From Dehalococcoidia bacterium (GTDB lineage Bacteria; Chloroflexota; Dehalococcoidia; Bin125): a DNA stretch of 64,000 nt. Numbering within the stretch: the first letter of the stretch is position 1; each line of letters starts with the position of its first letter. A program made the position numbers and the translations under genes. Below, piece by piece: positions 27,529 to 37,066 of the stretch. The stretch lies in the NCBI GenBank assembly GCA_963555985.3, contig OY820591.1, positions 1,952,001 to 2,016,000 of the forward strand, read 5' to 3'. The notes below the pieces were generated by a model. That model made no database searches, was not told where the DNA came from, and saw only the letters and a list, made by a program, of their open reading frames with translations.

Positions 27529-27936
27529 GTGTCTTCGACAGATTTTCGGCTCGTCGGACACTACGGGAAGAAGGGCGTCCAGGTCATGGAGGACGATTCC
27601 GGAACGTATCTACGAGGCGGCGAAGACGCGCTCGCTGATCGGGTGCAGTTGTGCTGGTCGCCGACGGCGCAACTGGCGCGCGAATGGGGCGAAGAGGCTC
27701 GCTGGGAGCTGTTCGAGCAGTTGCTGACCTTGCAGGTGGAGCGGAGCGCGAATCGGGGCGCGCCGCTTGCGCCTGGGCGGTATTACGCGGAGGTGTTTGA
27801 CGACGCTGCGGAGGGCGCGCATGGGTTCCTGATTGAGATTCGGGCTGATCGATGTCGCGTAATCGAACGGGTTTGGCAAGAGAAGCCGCGGCGGGAGTTG
27901 CTGGCTTCGGTGGCGTTGGGGTTGGGTCGGTTGTAG
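27529..27936 (+). CDS. hypothetical protein
   Basis: 135-aa ORF co-oriented with the amidase. Confidence 0.6.
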   Translation: MSSTDFRLVGHYGKKGVQVMEDDSGTYLRGGEDALADRVQLCWSPTAQLAREWGEEARWELFEQLLTLQVERSANRGAPLAPGRYYAEVFDDAAEGAHGFLIEIRADRCRVIERVWQEKPRRELLASVALGLGRL

Positions 27937-28038
27937 GGGCGGACTGGGGGAGGGATCCCCCTCTGTCCCCCCGCGATGCGGGGGGAGACAGGGAGCCGGG
28001 TTCCCTCACGATGTGGTAGGAGAGGATGGAGCGAGGGC

Positions 28039-29421
28039 TTAGCGGGTGGGTTTTTGGCCGGACATGAGGGCGACGGGGCGGAGCAGCGGGGGCGGGGGCT
28101 TGACTCCTGCGCCGTTGCCGCTGCCCGCTCTCACGACTTGAGCGCCGCGAAGGTCGGTATCCGGAGTGAGGCTGATCTGCGGGGCGGCGCGCTCGTACTT
28201 GCGGATCGCCAGCCAGCCAAGCACGCCCACGGCGACCACGACGAACGTGATCAGACCAACACCCACCAGCACTTCACGCTCGCCCAGCAGATCGGCGATG
28301 ATGCCGGCGGGGCCGCCGCTGACCGACGAGATCCCCCACGACATCATCGTGAAGGCGGTCACCCGGCCGAGATAAGCCGACTCGGTGTTCATCACGATCT
28401 TGGCCTGGAGCAGCAAGGTCGGCCCTTGCAGGCCGGGACCGAGCAAAGCCATGGAAGCGATGGCCACGCCATAGGTCTGAGCCTGCGACATCACGAGATA
28501 GCCGAGGCCCATCACGCCGAGCAGCACGAAGATCAGCGGCCACGACCAGCGCGAGGTGGCCATGCCGGCTACGCCGATCGCCAGTACCGCGCTGGCGATG
28601 CCGTTGACCGTCATCATCAGACCCATGTCGGTGGAGGCGCGGTCCAGGTGTTGTTCGAGCAGCGCCGGCGTGAGCACGCGGAACATGAAGCCGATTACGA
28701 CCGTGGCCATGAAGAGGAACAGCATCAGGCGCAGGGGCGGCCGGCGGGCGACGTAGCGGATGCCGTCCATGAGGTCAGCGGCGGGACTGCGGCGCTCGCT
28801 CTGTTGCGGTTTGCCCGTATTCGGCATCACCGCCATCGAGAGCACGCCGATCGAGACCAGCACTCCCATGACGACATAGGTACCGCCGCCGCCCGCCGCC
28901 GATTCGAGCAGCAGCGCCGCGATCATCGGCGCGATCGGCATCCCCCAGCTATGCGCAAGCTGGTTCAGCGCGACCGCGTTGCCGATCAGCCTGGGACCCA
29001 CGATGTCGGCGGTAAAGGCGTTGCGCGCCGGTCCCATGAAGACGAAGGTCGCGCCCAGGATCAGGGTGAGAATGAACATCAAGGGCAAGTTGACGAGATC
29101 GAGCAAGAGCAAGACGCCGGTGAGGGCGAGCATCACCGCGCCGGCGCCCTGGCCCCAGACGATTAGGCGCTTGCGGTTGACGCGGTCGGCGATCACCCCG
29201 CCCCAGGGCGAGCCGATCAGCATCGAAATCCCGGTACCCATCGTCACCAAACCGACCGCCGAGTTGGTGCCGCCGAGGTCGTAGGAGACGACCGACATGG
29301 CGACGAACATCATCATGTAGGCGAGGGTCGCGAAGAGCGTGCCCGCGAAGAGGATGCGGAATTGTGGGTGCTCAAGCGCGAGGAAAGTGTTGGACTTCCA
29401 GCCCTGAATGCTTCGCCTCAT
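28039..29421 (-). CDS. MFS transporter
   Basis: About 12 TM segments; GGVIADRVNRKR motif A. Confidence 0.92.
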   Translation of the reverse strand: MRRSIQGWKSNTFLALEHPQFRILFAGTLFATLAYMMMFVAMSVVSYDLGGTNSAVGLVTMGTGISMLIGSPWGGVIADRVNRKRLIVWGQGAGAVMLALTGVLLLLDLVNLPLMFILTLILGATFVFMGPARNAFTADIVGPRLIGNAVALNQLAHSWGMPIAPMIAALLLESAAGGGGTYVVMGVLVSIGVLSMAVMPNTGKPQQSERRSPAADLMDGIRYVARRPPLRLMLFLFMATVVIGFMFRVLTPALLEQHLDRASTDMGLMMTVNGIASAVLAIGVAGMATSRWSWPLIFVLLGVMGLGYLVMSQAQTYGVAIASMALLGPGLQGPTLLLQAKIVMNTESAYLGRVTAFTMMSWGISSVSGGPAGIIADLLGEREVLVGVGLITFVVVAVGVLGWLAIRKYERAAPQISLTPDTDLRGAQVVRAGSGNGAGVKPPPPLLRPVALMSGQKPTR

Positions 29422-29530
29422 GCGAACAGTCTACGAGTGGGCGGTAGGATTGAGTGTCGCCGGGTTTGCCGGGGGGTGGATGGTGGCGCGGGGTTGTCGG
29501 AATCGTGAGTAGTGGCGATACGCTGGCGGA

Positions 29531-30118
29531 ATGTACGCTCAGCCGTCTCGCTGGCCGAAGGTTCTTGGGGTTGCGTTCGTTGCGGCGATCGTCGGTCTGG
29601 GGATCTGGGCGTTTGGGGTGGACAAGCCTCCGCGCACGGTGCAGGTGCAGATCGCGGTGCAGCACATTGAGGGTGAGCGGGCGCAGCTCGGAATCCGCGA
29701 GACCGATCACGAGGGGGTCGTGCATTTCTATGAGGTGACGGGCCTTGAGCTCGATTACTCGCTCGTCGATCGGCCGCGCTCGCTGTACACGGATCCGATC
29801 GTGCTCTCGAACGACCGTGAGAAAGCGCCGAGCCAAGTGCGGATCACGCTGCGCGGTGAGAGCGACAGCGAGGTCAAGCTGGGGCTGCGGGTGATGAAGC
29901 AGAACCGCCGCTGGACCAGTACGCGCTTTCCGCGCGACGAGCCGATCAGTCCGGCGGAGTGGCAGAGCGAGGAGTGGGTGTACTTGAGTGCGATCCCGAT
30001 CAACGTGGTGTATCACCAGCTTGCGGTGGAGGGGATCCGGTTGTTTGTGTACATCATGATCGCGTTGGGGGTGATCTTTGCGGTGGCCTGGTTTGTCTGG
30101 CGTCGCTGGTTGAGTTAG
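29531..30118 (+). CDS. hypothetical membrane protein
   Basis: N- and C-terminal TM helices around a soluble domain. Confidence 0.65.
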   Translation: MYAQPSRWPKVLGVAFVAAIVGLGIWAFGVDKPPRTVQVQIAVQHIEGERAQLGIRETDHEGVVHFYEVTGLELDYSLVDRPRSLYTDPIVLSNDREKAPSQVRITLRGESDSEVKLGLRVMKQNRRWTSTRFPRDEPISPAEWQSEEWVYLSAIPINVVYHQLAVEGIRLFVYIMIALGVIFAVAWFVWRRWLS

Positions 30119-30663
30119 TCGGCGAGGAGCTGTCGGAGGCCAGAGAGGAAGACCTGCAAACTCGGCGAGTGATTCGATTCCAGATCGAGCAGCGGGCCGA
30201 GTTCTTCGGCCAATTGCCTCTTTCGTCGCCCTGCGAGTTCCATGAGCTGCGTAGCGGGCTGTTGTAGATTGTCCGGGGAGCGGAAGCGCGCTTGGCCTCG
30301 GACTTGGCGAAAACGCGGATAGAGATCGGACAATGTATCGGGATCGCCGAAATACCATGCCTCGAGCTCGTAGCACACGATTCGCACCAAGATTTCGTTG
30401 CGGCGATACTCCGGCACCACCGAGGCGATGTCCGACTTTCGCTGAAGGCAGTCTGCTTTGTCCTGATCACAGAGCACGACGAAGCGAGTATTCGGAGGCC
30501 AAGACATCCGTAAGTTCGCCTCGATGAGCGGCCTCATATTTTGGTACCCGCCGGCGATGCGGAAGACAATCTGAACGTCGTTCGGGATTGGGAGCCGCTC
30601 TCGCGCCCCTTCGAGGAAGGCGCGCATCGATGGCTCTTCGATCAGGAAAACTAAGAGTCGCAT
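30115..30663 (-). CDS. DUF4276/TOPRIM-like protein
   Basis: LVFLIEEPS, VVLCDQD, ELEAWYFGD, NHSPSL. Confidence 0.8.
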   Translation of the reverse strand: MRLLVFLIEEPSMRAFLEGARERLPIPNDVQIVFRIAGGYQNMRPLIEANLRMSWPPNTRFVVLCDQDKADCLQRKSDIASVVPEYRRNEILVRIVCYELEAWYFGDPDTLSDLYPRFRQVRGQARFRSPDNLQQPATQLMELAGRRKRQLAEELGPLLDLESNHSPSLQVFLSGLRQLLAD

Positions 30664-31889
30664 CAGTCCGGATAAGCGCCTTCAAATGCGCGCGACTTCC
30701 ACATCCAACCGAGTTTGTTTCCGTAGTCGTACTCTTCGACCAATTGAGGGTACTCGCTCACTCGACGCGCTCGTGTGACTCCTCGTTCCTTAACCAGCCA
30801 AAACACTTCGTGCGGACGAACCGCATCCAGCAGGTCCGTAGAGTGTGTGGTGACGATGACCTGGCCTTGGCTGCGCTGTGAGTAACTCCACAGCTCCTCG
30901 GTCAGCAGACCCAGCAGCGAATGGTACAACTGGTTTTCTGGTTCTTCGATACACATCAGCGGATGTGGTTCAGGATCGTGAATCATCAAGAGGTACGCCC
31001 ACATCTTCAGAGTTCCGTCGGATACTGACGCGGCACTGAACGGTTCGGATAGCCCGGCGTTATAGAATTGCAGCGCGACACGACGATCAATTGTGTACTC
31101 GACATTCACGTTCGTAATTTCCGGAACGCGCTTACCAAGTGCTTTTACGGCTCGTGCGAATTCCTCTGGATGTTCGTCGTGCATGTACTTCGAGACTAGC
31201 GGTAAGTTGTCACCGTGAACGGAAACATGTTCATCTCGGCCGGCTGCGGCAGCCTGTCGTGCCTTCGATACCTGAATATCCGACAGATGAACATTACTCA
31301 GGAATTCATACAGATCGCTGGCGGCCAGATAGTACGTAAAATTGTCCTGTGACCGTGACCTGCGGAACGTCCTAGCCAGGGCCATCGGCGACCCGAGGAG
31401 CAATCGCCCTCGTTTCCATTCATGATCACGCACCTCACGTTCCAGATCTGCGTCCTCACGATCATTTTTGCTAAATTCTTGTTCTTCTGGAAACGTTTGA
31501 TCGAAATCGAACAGATTGGGTTGCACTGTGGGCGATTGGACACGCAGATATTCTTGCTTAACGACTGGAGTGGTGCCATCTAGGCCTATTTTGAGGCCGT
31601 ATGTGAAGGCGGCAGGTTCGTCTGACCGGCGGCGGGCCCTGGTCACGACCATCTCGATTTCGATGTGCCCCGTTCGGTCCCGGGTACGGACCTCGCTGAA
31701 TCCTCCGCGACGATCAACGGCTGCACGGACATTTTCGCGCAGCGAGTCCTGGATGAAGGCAAACAAGTCTATGAACGTGCTTTTGCCCGTGCCGTTGGGG
31801 CCGATAAACACTGCGAACGGCGGCACATCTGTCAGCGTCAGGTCCGCGAACACGCCGAAGTTCCGCAGTCGTAGTTCAGTGATCCTCAT
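30663..31889 (-). CDS. ABC/AAA_21-type ATPase
   Basis: GPNGTGKST, SDGT signature, IEEPENQL, TTHS. Confidence 0.88.
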   Translation of the reverse strand: MRITELRLRNFGVFADLTLTDVPPFAVFIGPNGTGKSTFIDLFAFIQDSLRENVRAAVDRRGGFSEVRTRDRTGHIEIEMVVTRARRRSDEPAAFTYGLKIGLDGTTPVVKQEYLRVQSPTVQPNLFDFDQTFPEEQEFSKNDREDADLEREVRDHEWKRGRLLLGSPMALARTFRRSRSQDNFTYYLAASDLYEFLSNVHLSDIQVSKARQAAAAGRDEHVSVHGDNLPLVSKYMHDEHPEEFARAVKALGKRVPEITNVNVEYTIDRRVALQFYNAGLSEPFSAASVSDGTLKMWAYLLMIHDPEPHPLMCIEEPENQLYHSLLGLLTEELWSYSQRSQGQVIVTTHSTDLLDAVRPHEVFWLVKERGVTRARRVSEYPQLVEEYDYGNKLGWMWKSRAFEGAYPD

Positions 31890-31890
31890 A

Positions 31891-32724
31891 TCATCGATCC
31901 TGCTCCGTGCCGACCTGGTAGATGGTCCGGTGACGCAGACGCGCCAAGTCCTCTCCCGACTCTGAACTGATCGTCACGTCCAACAGACAGTACTCGTGCA
32001 GCTTGCGCCGATAGCCGTCGGTCATGTGCCCCGAGACCACCAGCGTCTGCCCGGCCAGCATCGGCCCGAACAGCTGAATCTGACTGCCCGCGTGAATGCC
32101 CGCGTTGTAGTTGTAGGTGTGCCTGATCAGCCGCGTGCAGCGCCCGGCAATCCAGCCAGGATGCAGCCGCGCCCCTTCCCCGCGCCAGCGCGGATGCGGG
32201 TCTCGCGCGAACTCTTCCGCGTATTCCGCCGCTTCCGCCGCCGACATCGTGACTGCCATCGCCGGCAAGTCCTCACCCACGGGCAGATTCTCTCGCGTCA
32301 GCAGCGTCGGCGGATCCGCCTCCGGTACCGTCACCCGATTCTGCGCGACCGCCAGATCGCCGAGGAACGGCCCTTCGCCCATCCCAGCCACGCCGGCGAT
32401 GCAGACCTCTCCCGACTCCTTCGCCATCGTGAACTCGATCCCGCCCGCCGCATTCGCAGTCACGCGCGTCGTGATCTCGTCGCCCGGATAGACCGGACGC
32501 CGCAGCCGGAAGTCGATCCAGCCAGTGTCGAGCCATTCCTCACCCAAACCCTCGATCAGCGCCGGCGCCGCCCACGAATAGACCGTCACCCCACCCACCA
32601 ACGCGCCCTCAAAACCGAAGCGCGCCGCGCCCTCGGTCGAATGGATGATGTTCGCAATCGAGAGCGAATCTTCGCCGTCGAGAAACGCCGTGATCGTACG
32701 TTCGATCGTCGTCTGCGTGGTCAT
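31891..32724 (-). CDS. double hot-dog (MaoC-like) protein
   Basis: NIIHSTEGAARFGFEGALVGG, RRPVYPGD. Confidence 0.7.
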   Translation of the reverse strand: MTTQTTIERTITAFLDGEDSLSIANIIHSTEGAARFGFEGALVGGVTVYSWAAPALIEGLGEEWLDTGWIDFRLRRPVYPGDEITTRVTANAAGGIEFTMAKESGEVCIAGVAGMGEGPFLGDLAVAQNRVTVPEADPPTLLTRENLPVGEDLPAMAVTMSAAEAAEYAEEFARDPHPRWRGEGARLHPGWIAGRCTRLIRHTYNYNAGIHAGSQIQLFGPMLAGQTLVVSGHMTDGYRRKLHEYCLLDVTISSESGEDLARLRHRTIYQVGTEQDR

Positions 32725-32858
32725 GGCTTGCTCGCTTTCCCGGATCTCATCGCGGCCGTGATCGGCCTACGGTCTGCCGCCAGCTGAGACATACTCGCCG
32801 GTCGGCCCCGTTCGGGGTGAGGCCGAACGCTGCGCCGGGTCCGCCTCCGCCCGCGATC

Positions 32859-33737
32859 TTAGGAGGGATCGAGCAAGCGGACGAGCGTGACGTCGAGCGC
32901 ATCGGCGACTCTGACGACGGCTCCGATGGTAACGTTTTGCTTCCCCTGTTCGACCGCGCTGAGGTAGGTGCGATCAATCCCCGCTCTGGAGGCGAGTTCC
33001 AACTGGCTCCAGCCGCGAGCCTTGCGCAGCGCCTGAATACGCCGGCCGAGGCTCTTCAGATGCAGCTCGAGCGTCACCGGTTGCTCTTTGAGACCGACGA
33101 TCTCCCGCGCCCGCTGCAGCGCCTGCAACGGATCCGAAGACACGAGGTCGACCGCCGGCAGGGTGTCATCCAGCCCGGGCTGGAGCCCTCTCCCGCCCAC
33201 GAATACCGCCGGGGGATGTTCGAGCGCTTTCAGCATCGCCGCCGCCCGACTCGCCGCCGGCAGGCGATCACGATCGGAGAGGGACAGAATGACCAGGTCG
33301 GGATTCCGCTCGCGCACCAGTTGGGCCAGATCCTCAGGCGGATTGTTCTCGCCCAGATGAGCAATGTCCCATCCTTCCATGAAGAACAAGTCGGCGATCA
33401 TGCGTGATCCGAGGGCGTGAAACTCGCCCTCGACCGCGGCGATGACCACAGTGACGCCGAGATCTGCTTTGCGTGGACTGACATCACGGACGTACGCGAT
33501 CTGCTGCATGGTGATGCTGGTCGCCAGATGCTCGGCGGCGATATTGAGCTCGCCGCGGATCCAGGCTTCACCGACCTCGGCCAAGGCCGGCCCCAACACA
33601 TCCAGGTAGATCGCCGCCGGCTCAAGCTCGCGCTCGAGCGCGTCCCGAACCACCCGCGATGCCTCCTGGGTGTCGCCGCTGAGCAAGGCCGCGGTGTACC
33701 GGCCGCGCAAGAGTTTCGCTGTCGCCTGATCTGCCAT
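32859..33737 (-). CDS. cobalamin-binding regulator with C-terminal XRE HTH
   Basis: W-x9-EH (WIRGELNIAAEH), EFHALG, LGENNP; C-terminal RKARGWSQLELASRAGIDRTYLSAVEQG. Confidence 0.85.
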   Translation of the reverse strand: MADQATAKLLRGRYTAALLSGDTQEASRVVRDALERELEPAAIYLDVLGPALAEVGEAWIRGELNIAAEHLATSITMQQIAYVRDVSPRKADLGVTVVIAAVEGEFHALGSRMIADLFFMEGWDIAHLGENNPPEDLAQLVRERNPDLVILSLSDRDRLPAASRAAAMLKALEHPPAVFVGGRGLQPGLDDTLPAVDLVSSDPLQALQRAREIVGLKEQPVTLELHLKSLGRRIQALRKARGWSQLELASRAGIDRTYLSAVEQGKQNVTIGAVVRVADALDVTLVRLLDPS

Positions 33738-33780
33738 ATCTGCCGGCCTCGTCTGGAATTCTTCTTCTTGCTGAATATAC

Positions 33781-33809
33781 TTGACATGATGATGGATAAA
33801 ATCTACTTT
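33781..33809 (+). promoter_or_regulatory. sigma70-type promoter candidate for the fasciclin gene
   Basis: TTGACA-17 nt-TACTTT in an AT-rich divergent intergenic region. Confidence 0.6.
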
Positions 33810-33833
33810 TAGTCGAGGATATGCCGCATCAGG

Positions 33834-34922
33834 ATGGGAGAAGCCAACATGTTCGCGACATTCTCAGCAGGCCTTCGGGTGGATTGGTTCAGGTGGCGAC
33901 ATCTGTTTCTGGCGATTGGAGTGCTCGCCGCAGCGGCCCTCGTGGTCGTCTCGGCCTGCGCCGATGATCCTGAACCCCAGCCTCAAGACCAGCCGCAAAC
34001 CTCAACGCCGCCTGTGCAGGAGCAGCAGACGGGGACGCAATCAATGAGTTCGGCGGAGCAACCCGAGCAGCCCGAGCCGCAGTTGGGGACGATCGTCGAG
34101 ATCGCTTCGGACGACGACCGTTTCCAGACGCTGGTCACGGCCGTGGTCGCGGCCGGTCTGGCGGAGACGCTGCAAGGCGAGGGTCCGTTCACCGTCTTCG
34201 CGCCGACCGACGAAGCGTTCGCAGCCCTGCCCGAGGGCGCGCTGGAGGCGCTCTTGGAGGATATTCCCGCACTAACCGACATCCTGCTCTACCACGTCGT
34301 CGCCGGGGCGGTAACGGCCTCGGATGTGGTGGAACTGGAGTCGGCGCTCACGGTGCAGGGCGAAGCCCTGACGATCACGCTGGAGGGGGGCGTCGTGCGG
34401 ATCAACGAGGCGCGCGTGGCGATCGCCGATATCGAGGCCTCGAACGGCGTCATCCACGTGATCGACCAAGTGCTGATCCCGCCCGAGCAACCCGAGCAGC
34501 CCGAGCCGCAGTTGGGGACGATCGTTGAGATCGCTTCGGACGACGACCGTTTCCAGACGCTGGTCACGGCCGTGGTCGCGGCCGGTCTGGCGGAGACGCT
34601 GCAAGGCGAGGGTCCGTTCACCGTCTTCGCGCCGACCGACGAAGCGTTCGCAGCCCTGCCCGAGGGCGCGCTGGAGGCGCTCTTGGAGGATATTCCCGCA
34701 CTAACCGACATCCTGCTCTACCACGTCGTCGCCGGGGCGGTAACGGCCTCGGATGTGGTGGAACTGGAGTCGGCGCTCACGGTGCAGGGCGAAGCCCTGA
34801 CGATCACGCTGGAGGGGGGCGTCGTGCGGATCAACGAGGCGCGCGTGGTGATCGCCGATATCGAGGCCTCGAACGGCGTCATCCACGTGATCGACCAAGT
34901 GCTGATCCCGCCCGAGCAATAG
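33834..34922 (+). CDS. fasciclin (FAS1) lipoprotein with two domains
   Basis: [29 protein letters not shown] twice; lipobox VSAC. Confidence 0.92.
   Translation: MGEANMFATFSAGLRVDWFRWRHLFLAIGVLAAAALVVVSACADDPEPQPQDQPQTSTPPVQEQQTGTQSMSSAEQPEQPEPQLGTIVEIASDDDRFQTLVTAVVAAGLAETLQGEGPFTVFAPTDEAFAALPEGALEALLEDIPALTDILLYHVVAGAVTASDVVELESALTVQGEALTITLEGGVVRINEARVAIADIEASNGVIHVIDQVLIPPEQPEQPEPQLGTIVEIASDDDRFQTLVTAVVAAGLAETLQGEGPFTVFAPTDEAFAALPEGALEALLEDIPALTDILLYHVVAGAVTASDVVELESALTVQGEALTITLEGGVVRINEARVVIADIEASNGVIHVIDQVLIPPEQ
34056..34919 (+). repeat. 429-bp intragenic tandem duplication
   Basis: Units start at 34056 and 34485; two differences seen by eye. Confidence 0.92.
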
Positions 34923-34980
34923 CGTTGCCTCACAAAGGCGGCAACCGCTTCGATTGCCTCCGGTCTGAAGCACCACCGGG

Positions 34981-35007
34981 ACGGCCGCGCTGAACGCGCG
35001 GCCGTTT
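34981..35007. terminator. hairpin between convergent genes
   Basis: ACGGCCGCGC-TGAAC-GCGCGGCCGT-TT. Confidence 0.6.
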
Positions 35008-35045
35008 CCGTGAGTCCTGCTGTGTAGGGAACGTTGAACAGCCGG

Positions 35046-35861
35046 CTACTTCAGCGCAGCCTGATAGATCGTCGGCTGACGCAAACGCACCAGCTCGCGT
35101 CCGTTCTCCGAGGACAGTGTTACGTCGAGCACGGCGTACTCGTGTCCCTTACGCTCGTAGCCCGATTCGATCCGTCCGCTGACCAGGAGTCGTTGGTCGG
35201 GATGCACCGGCGCCAGGTGCTGAATCTGGCTGGAAGCGTGGATTGCGGTATAGCGCCAGCTGTGCGCGAGCAATGCGTTAGCTCGTTGGGCGATCCAGCC
35301 CGGGTGGACGCGGCGGTTGGCTCCGTACCAGAGCGGATCTGAGTCGCGCGCCAACTGTTCGGCGTAGCGCTCGGCTTCAGCGGCGCTCAGGTCGTTCTCC
35401 ATGGCGGGCAGGTCTTCGCCAAGCGGCGCGACGGCTCGCGTGATGAAAGGCCGCTCTGCTGGTTCGGGTCGGAGTGTGCGATCGTTCGCTGTCGTGATCT
35501 CGGTGTAGAAGTCGGCGATGCCGAGTCCGGCGGTTCCTCGGACGGCGATGTCGCCGTTGTTCTTGGTCATGGTGAACCCGAAGCCGCCGCCATTGGCTGT
35601 GACGCGCGTCGTGACCACCTCAGCTGGATAGACCGGCTTGCGAAGTTGGAACTCGACCCAGCCCTCGTCGAGCCAAGCGTCGCCGATGGCCTCGACCAAC
35701 GCCGCCACCGACCAGGCGTATACGGTCGTACCTCCGACGAGCGGGCCGGTGTAGCCATAGCGCGCCGCGCCCTCGGTCGAATGGATGATGTTGCCGATCT
35801 CCAGCGAGTCCTCTCCGTCGAGGAAGGCCGTGATCGAGCGCTCAACGATTGCGGTAGTCAT
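35046..35861 (-). CDS. double hot-dog (MaoC-like) protein, paralog of 31891-32724
   Basis: Shared TAFLDGEDSL...NIIHSTEGAAR and HPGWIA. Confidence 0.7.
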   Translation of the reverse strand: MTTAIVERSITAFLDGEDSLEIGNIIHSTEGAARYGYTGPLVGGTTVYAWSVAALVEAIGDAWLDEGWVEFQLRKPVYPAEVVTTRVTANGGGFGFTMTKNNGDIAVRGTAGLGIADFYTEITTANDRTLRPEPAERPFITRAVAPLGEDLPAMENDLSAAEAERYAEQLARDSDPLWYGANRRVHPGWIAQRANALLAHSWRYTAIHASSQIQHLAPVHPDQRLLVSGRIESGYERKGHEYAVLDVTLSSENGRELVRLRQPTIYQAALK

Positions 35862-37045
35862 CAGATCACTCCGTCCGCTGCGAACTCGTCCAGTTCTGCA
35901 TCGCTCAGGCCAAGCATTCCCCCGTAAACCTCACGGTTGTGCTCGCCCAAAGTCGGTGCGCGGTGCTTGACCCGCCCCGGCGTCGCCGACAGCCGCGGCG
36001 CGATCCCGGGCTGCGGCAGCGTCCCGTGCTGCTCCGACGGCACCTCCACGACCTGCTCTCGCGCGGCGAAGTGTTCGTCGGTCATCACGTCGGAGGTGGC
36101 GTAGACCTTGGTCGCGGGGACTCCGTACTGGTCGAGAGTTGCCTGGGCTTCGGCGAGCGTGAGCGTCGAGACCCATTCGGCGATGATGTCGTGGAGCGGC
36201 TGGTAGTTGGCGTTGCGTTTGCGTCGGCGCTCGAAGCGTGGGTCGGTGATCAGGTCAAGGCGTCCGATTGCTTCGCAGAGGCGCTCGAAGGTGCCTTGGG
36301 TGGCTCCGCTGATGATCAGCCAGTGGCCGTCGCTGGTGCCGAACTGCTCGGCGGGGATGACGCCGGGGAAGTAGTTGCCGGTGCGCTCGCGGTTCTTGCC
36401 TTCCCGAGCAAAGTTGGCGGCGTGGGCGCCGCTCTGCTTCCAGAGCGCTTCGTAGAGGGCGACGTCGACGTCCTGGCCGAGTCGGCCGTTGACGTCGCGG
36501 GCGCGCAGCGCGGCGAGGGTGCCGAAGGCGGCCATGATGCCGGCGCTGTAGTCGCCGATCATGTAGCCGGGGCGGACGGGCGGGTCGCCGGCGAATCCGG
36601 TGGTGTAGGTGAGGCCGGAGAAGCCGAGGGCTACGCGGTCGAAGCCGGCGCGTTCGCGGTAGGGTCCGGTCTGGCCGTAGCCGGAGACGCGGGTGACGAT
36701 CAGCGCGGGGTTGCGCTCGCGGAGTGAGTCGGGGGCGAGGTCGAGCTTTTCGAGGGTGCCGGGCCGAAAATTCTCCACCAGCACGTCGGCGCGGGCACAG
36801 AGTCGGCGGAAGAGGTCTTTGCCGCGCGGGTCGGCGAGGTTGCAGGTGACGCCGCGCTGGGAGCGGTTTTCCTGGACGTAGGAGACGGAGCCGTGGTTGG
36901 GTTCGCCGGTGCCTGGGCGTTCGAGTTTGATCACGTCGGCACCGAATTCGGCGAGCATGGTGGCGCAGAAGGGTGCGGCGAGGATCTGTCCGGCGTTGAT
37001 GACGAGGATGCCGTCAAGGGGTGGGCGAAGGTGGTCGGCGGTCAT
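35861..37045 (-). CDS. CaiB/BaiF CoA-transferase
   Basis: LAEFGADVIKLE, ENFRPG, SGYGQTGPY, APTLGEHN. Confidence 0.92.
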   Translation of the reverse strand: MTADHLRPPLDGILVINAGQILAAPFCATMLAEFGADVIKLERPGTGEPNHGSVSYVQENRSQRGVTCNLADPRGKDLFRRLCARADVLVENFRPGTLEKLDLAPDSLRERNPALIVTRVSGYGQTGPYRERAGFDRVALGFSGLTYTTGFAGDPPVRPGYMIGDYSAGIMAAFGTLAALRARDVNGRLGQDVDVALYEALWKQSGAHAANFAREGKNRERTGNYFPGVIPAEQFGTSDGHWLIISGATQGTFERLCEAIGRLDLITDPRFERRRKRNANYQPLHDIIAEWVSTLTLAEAQATLDQYGVPATKVYATSDVMTDEHFAAREQVVEVPSEQHGTLPQPGIAPRLSATPGRVKHRAPTLGEHNREVYGGMLGLSDAELDEFAADGVI

Positions 37046-37066
37046 GCGGAAATGGTACGCGACGCC

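Noticed and set aside
776-27936. A single intact 27-kb prophage
   Set aside because: The interval is mostly host genes including recF, the modules are in opposite orientations, and no integrase or att sites were seen
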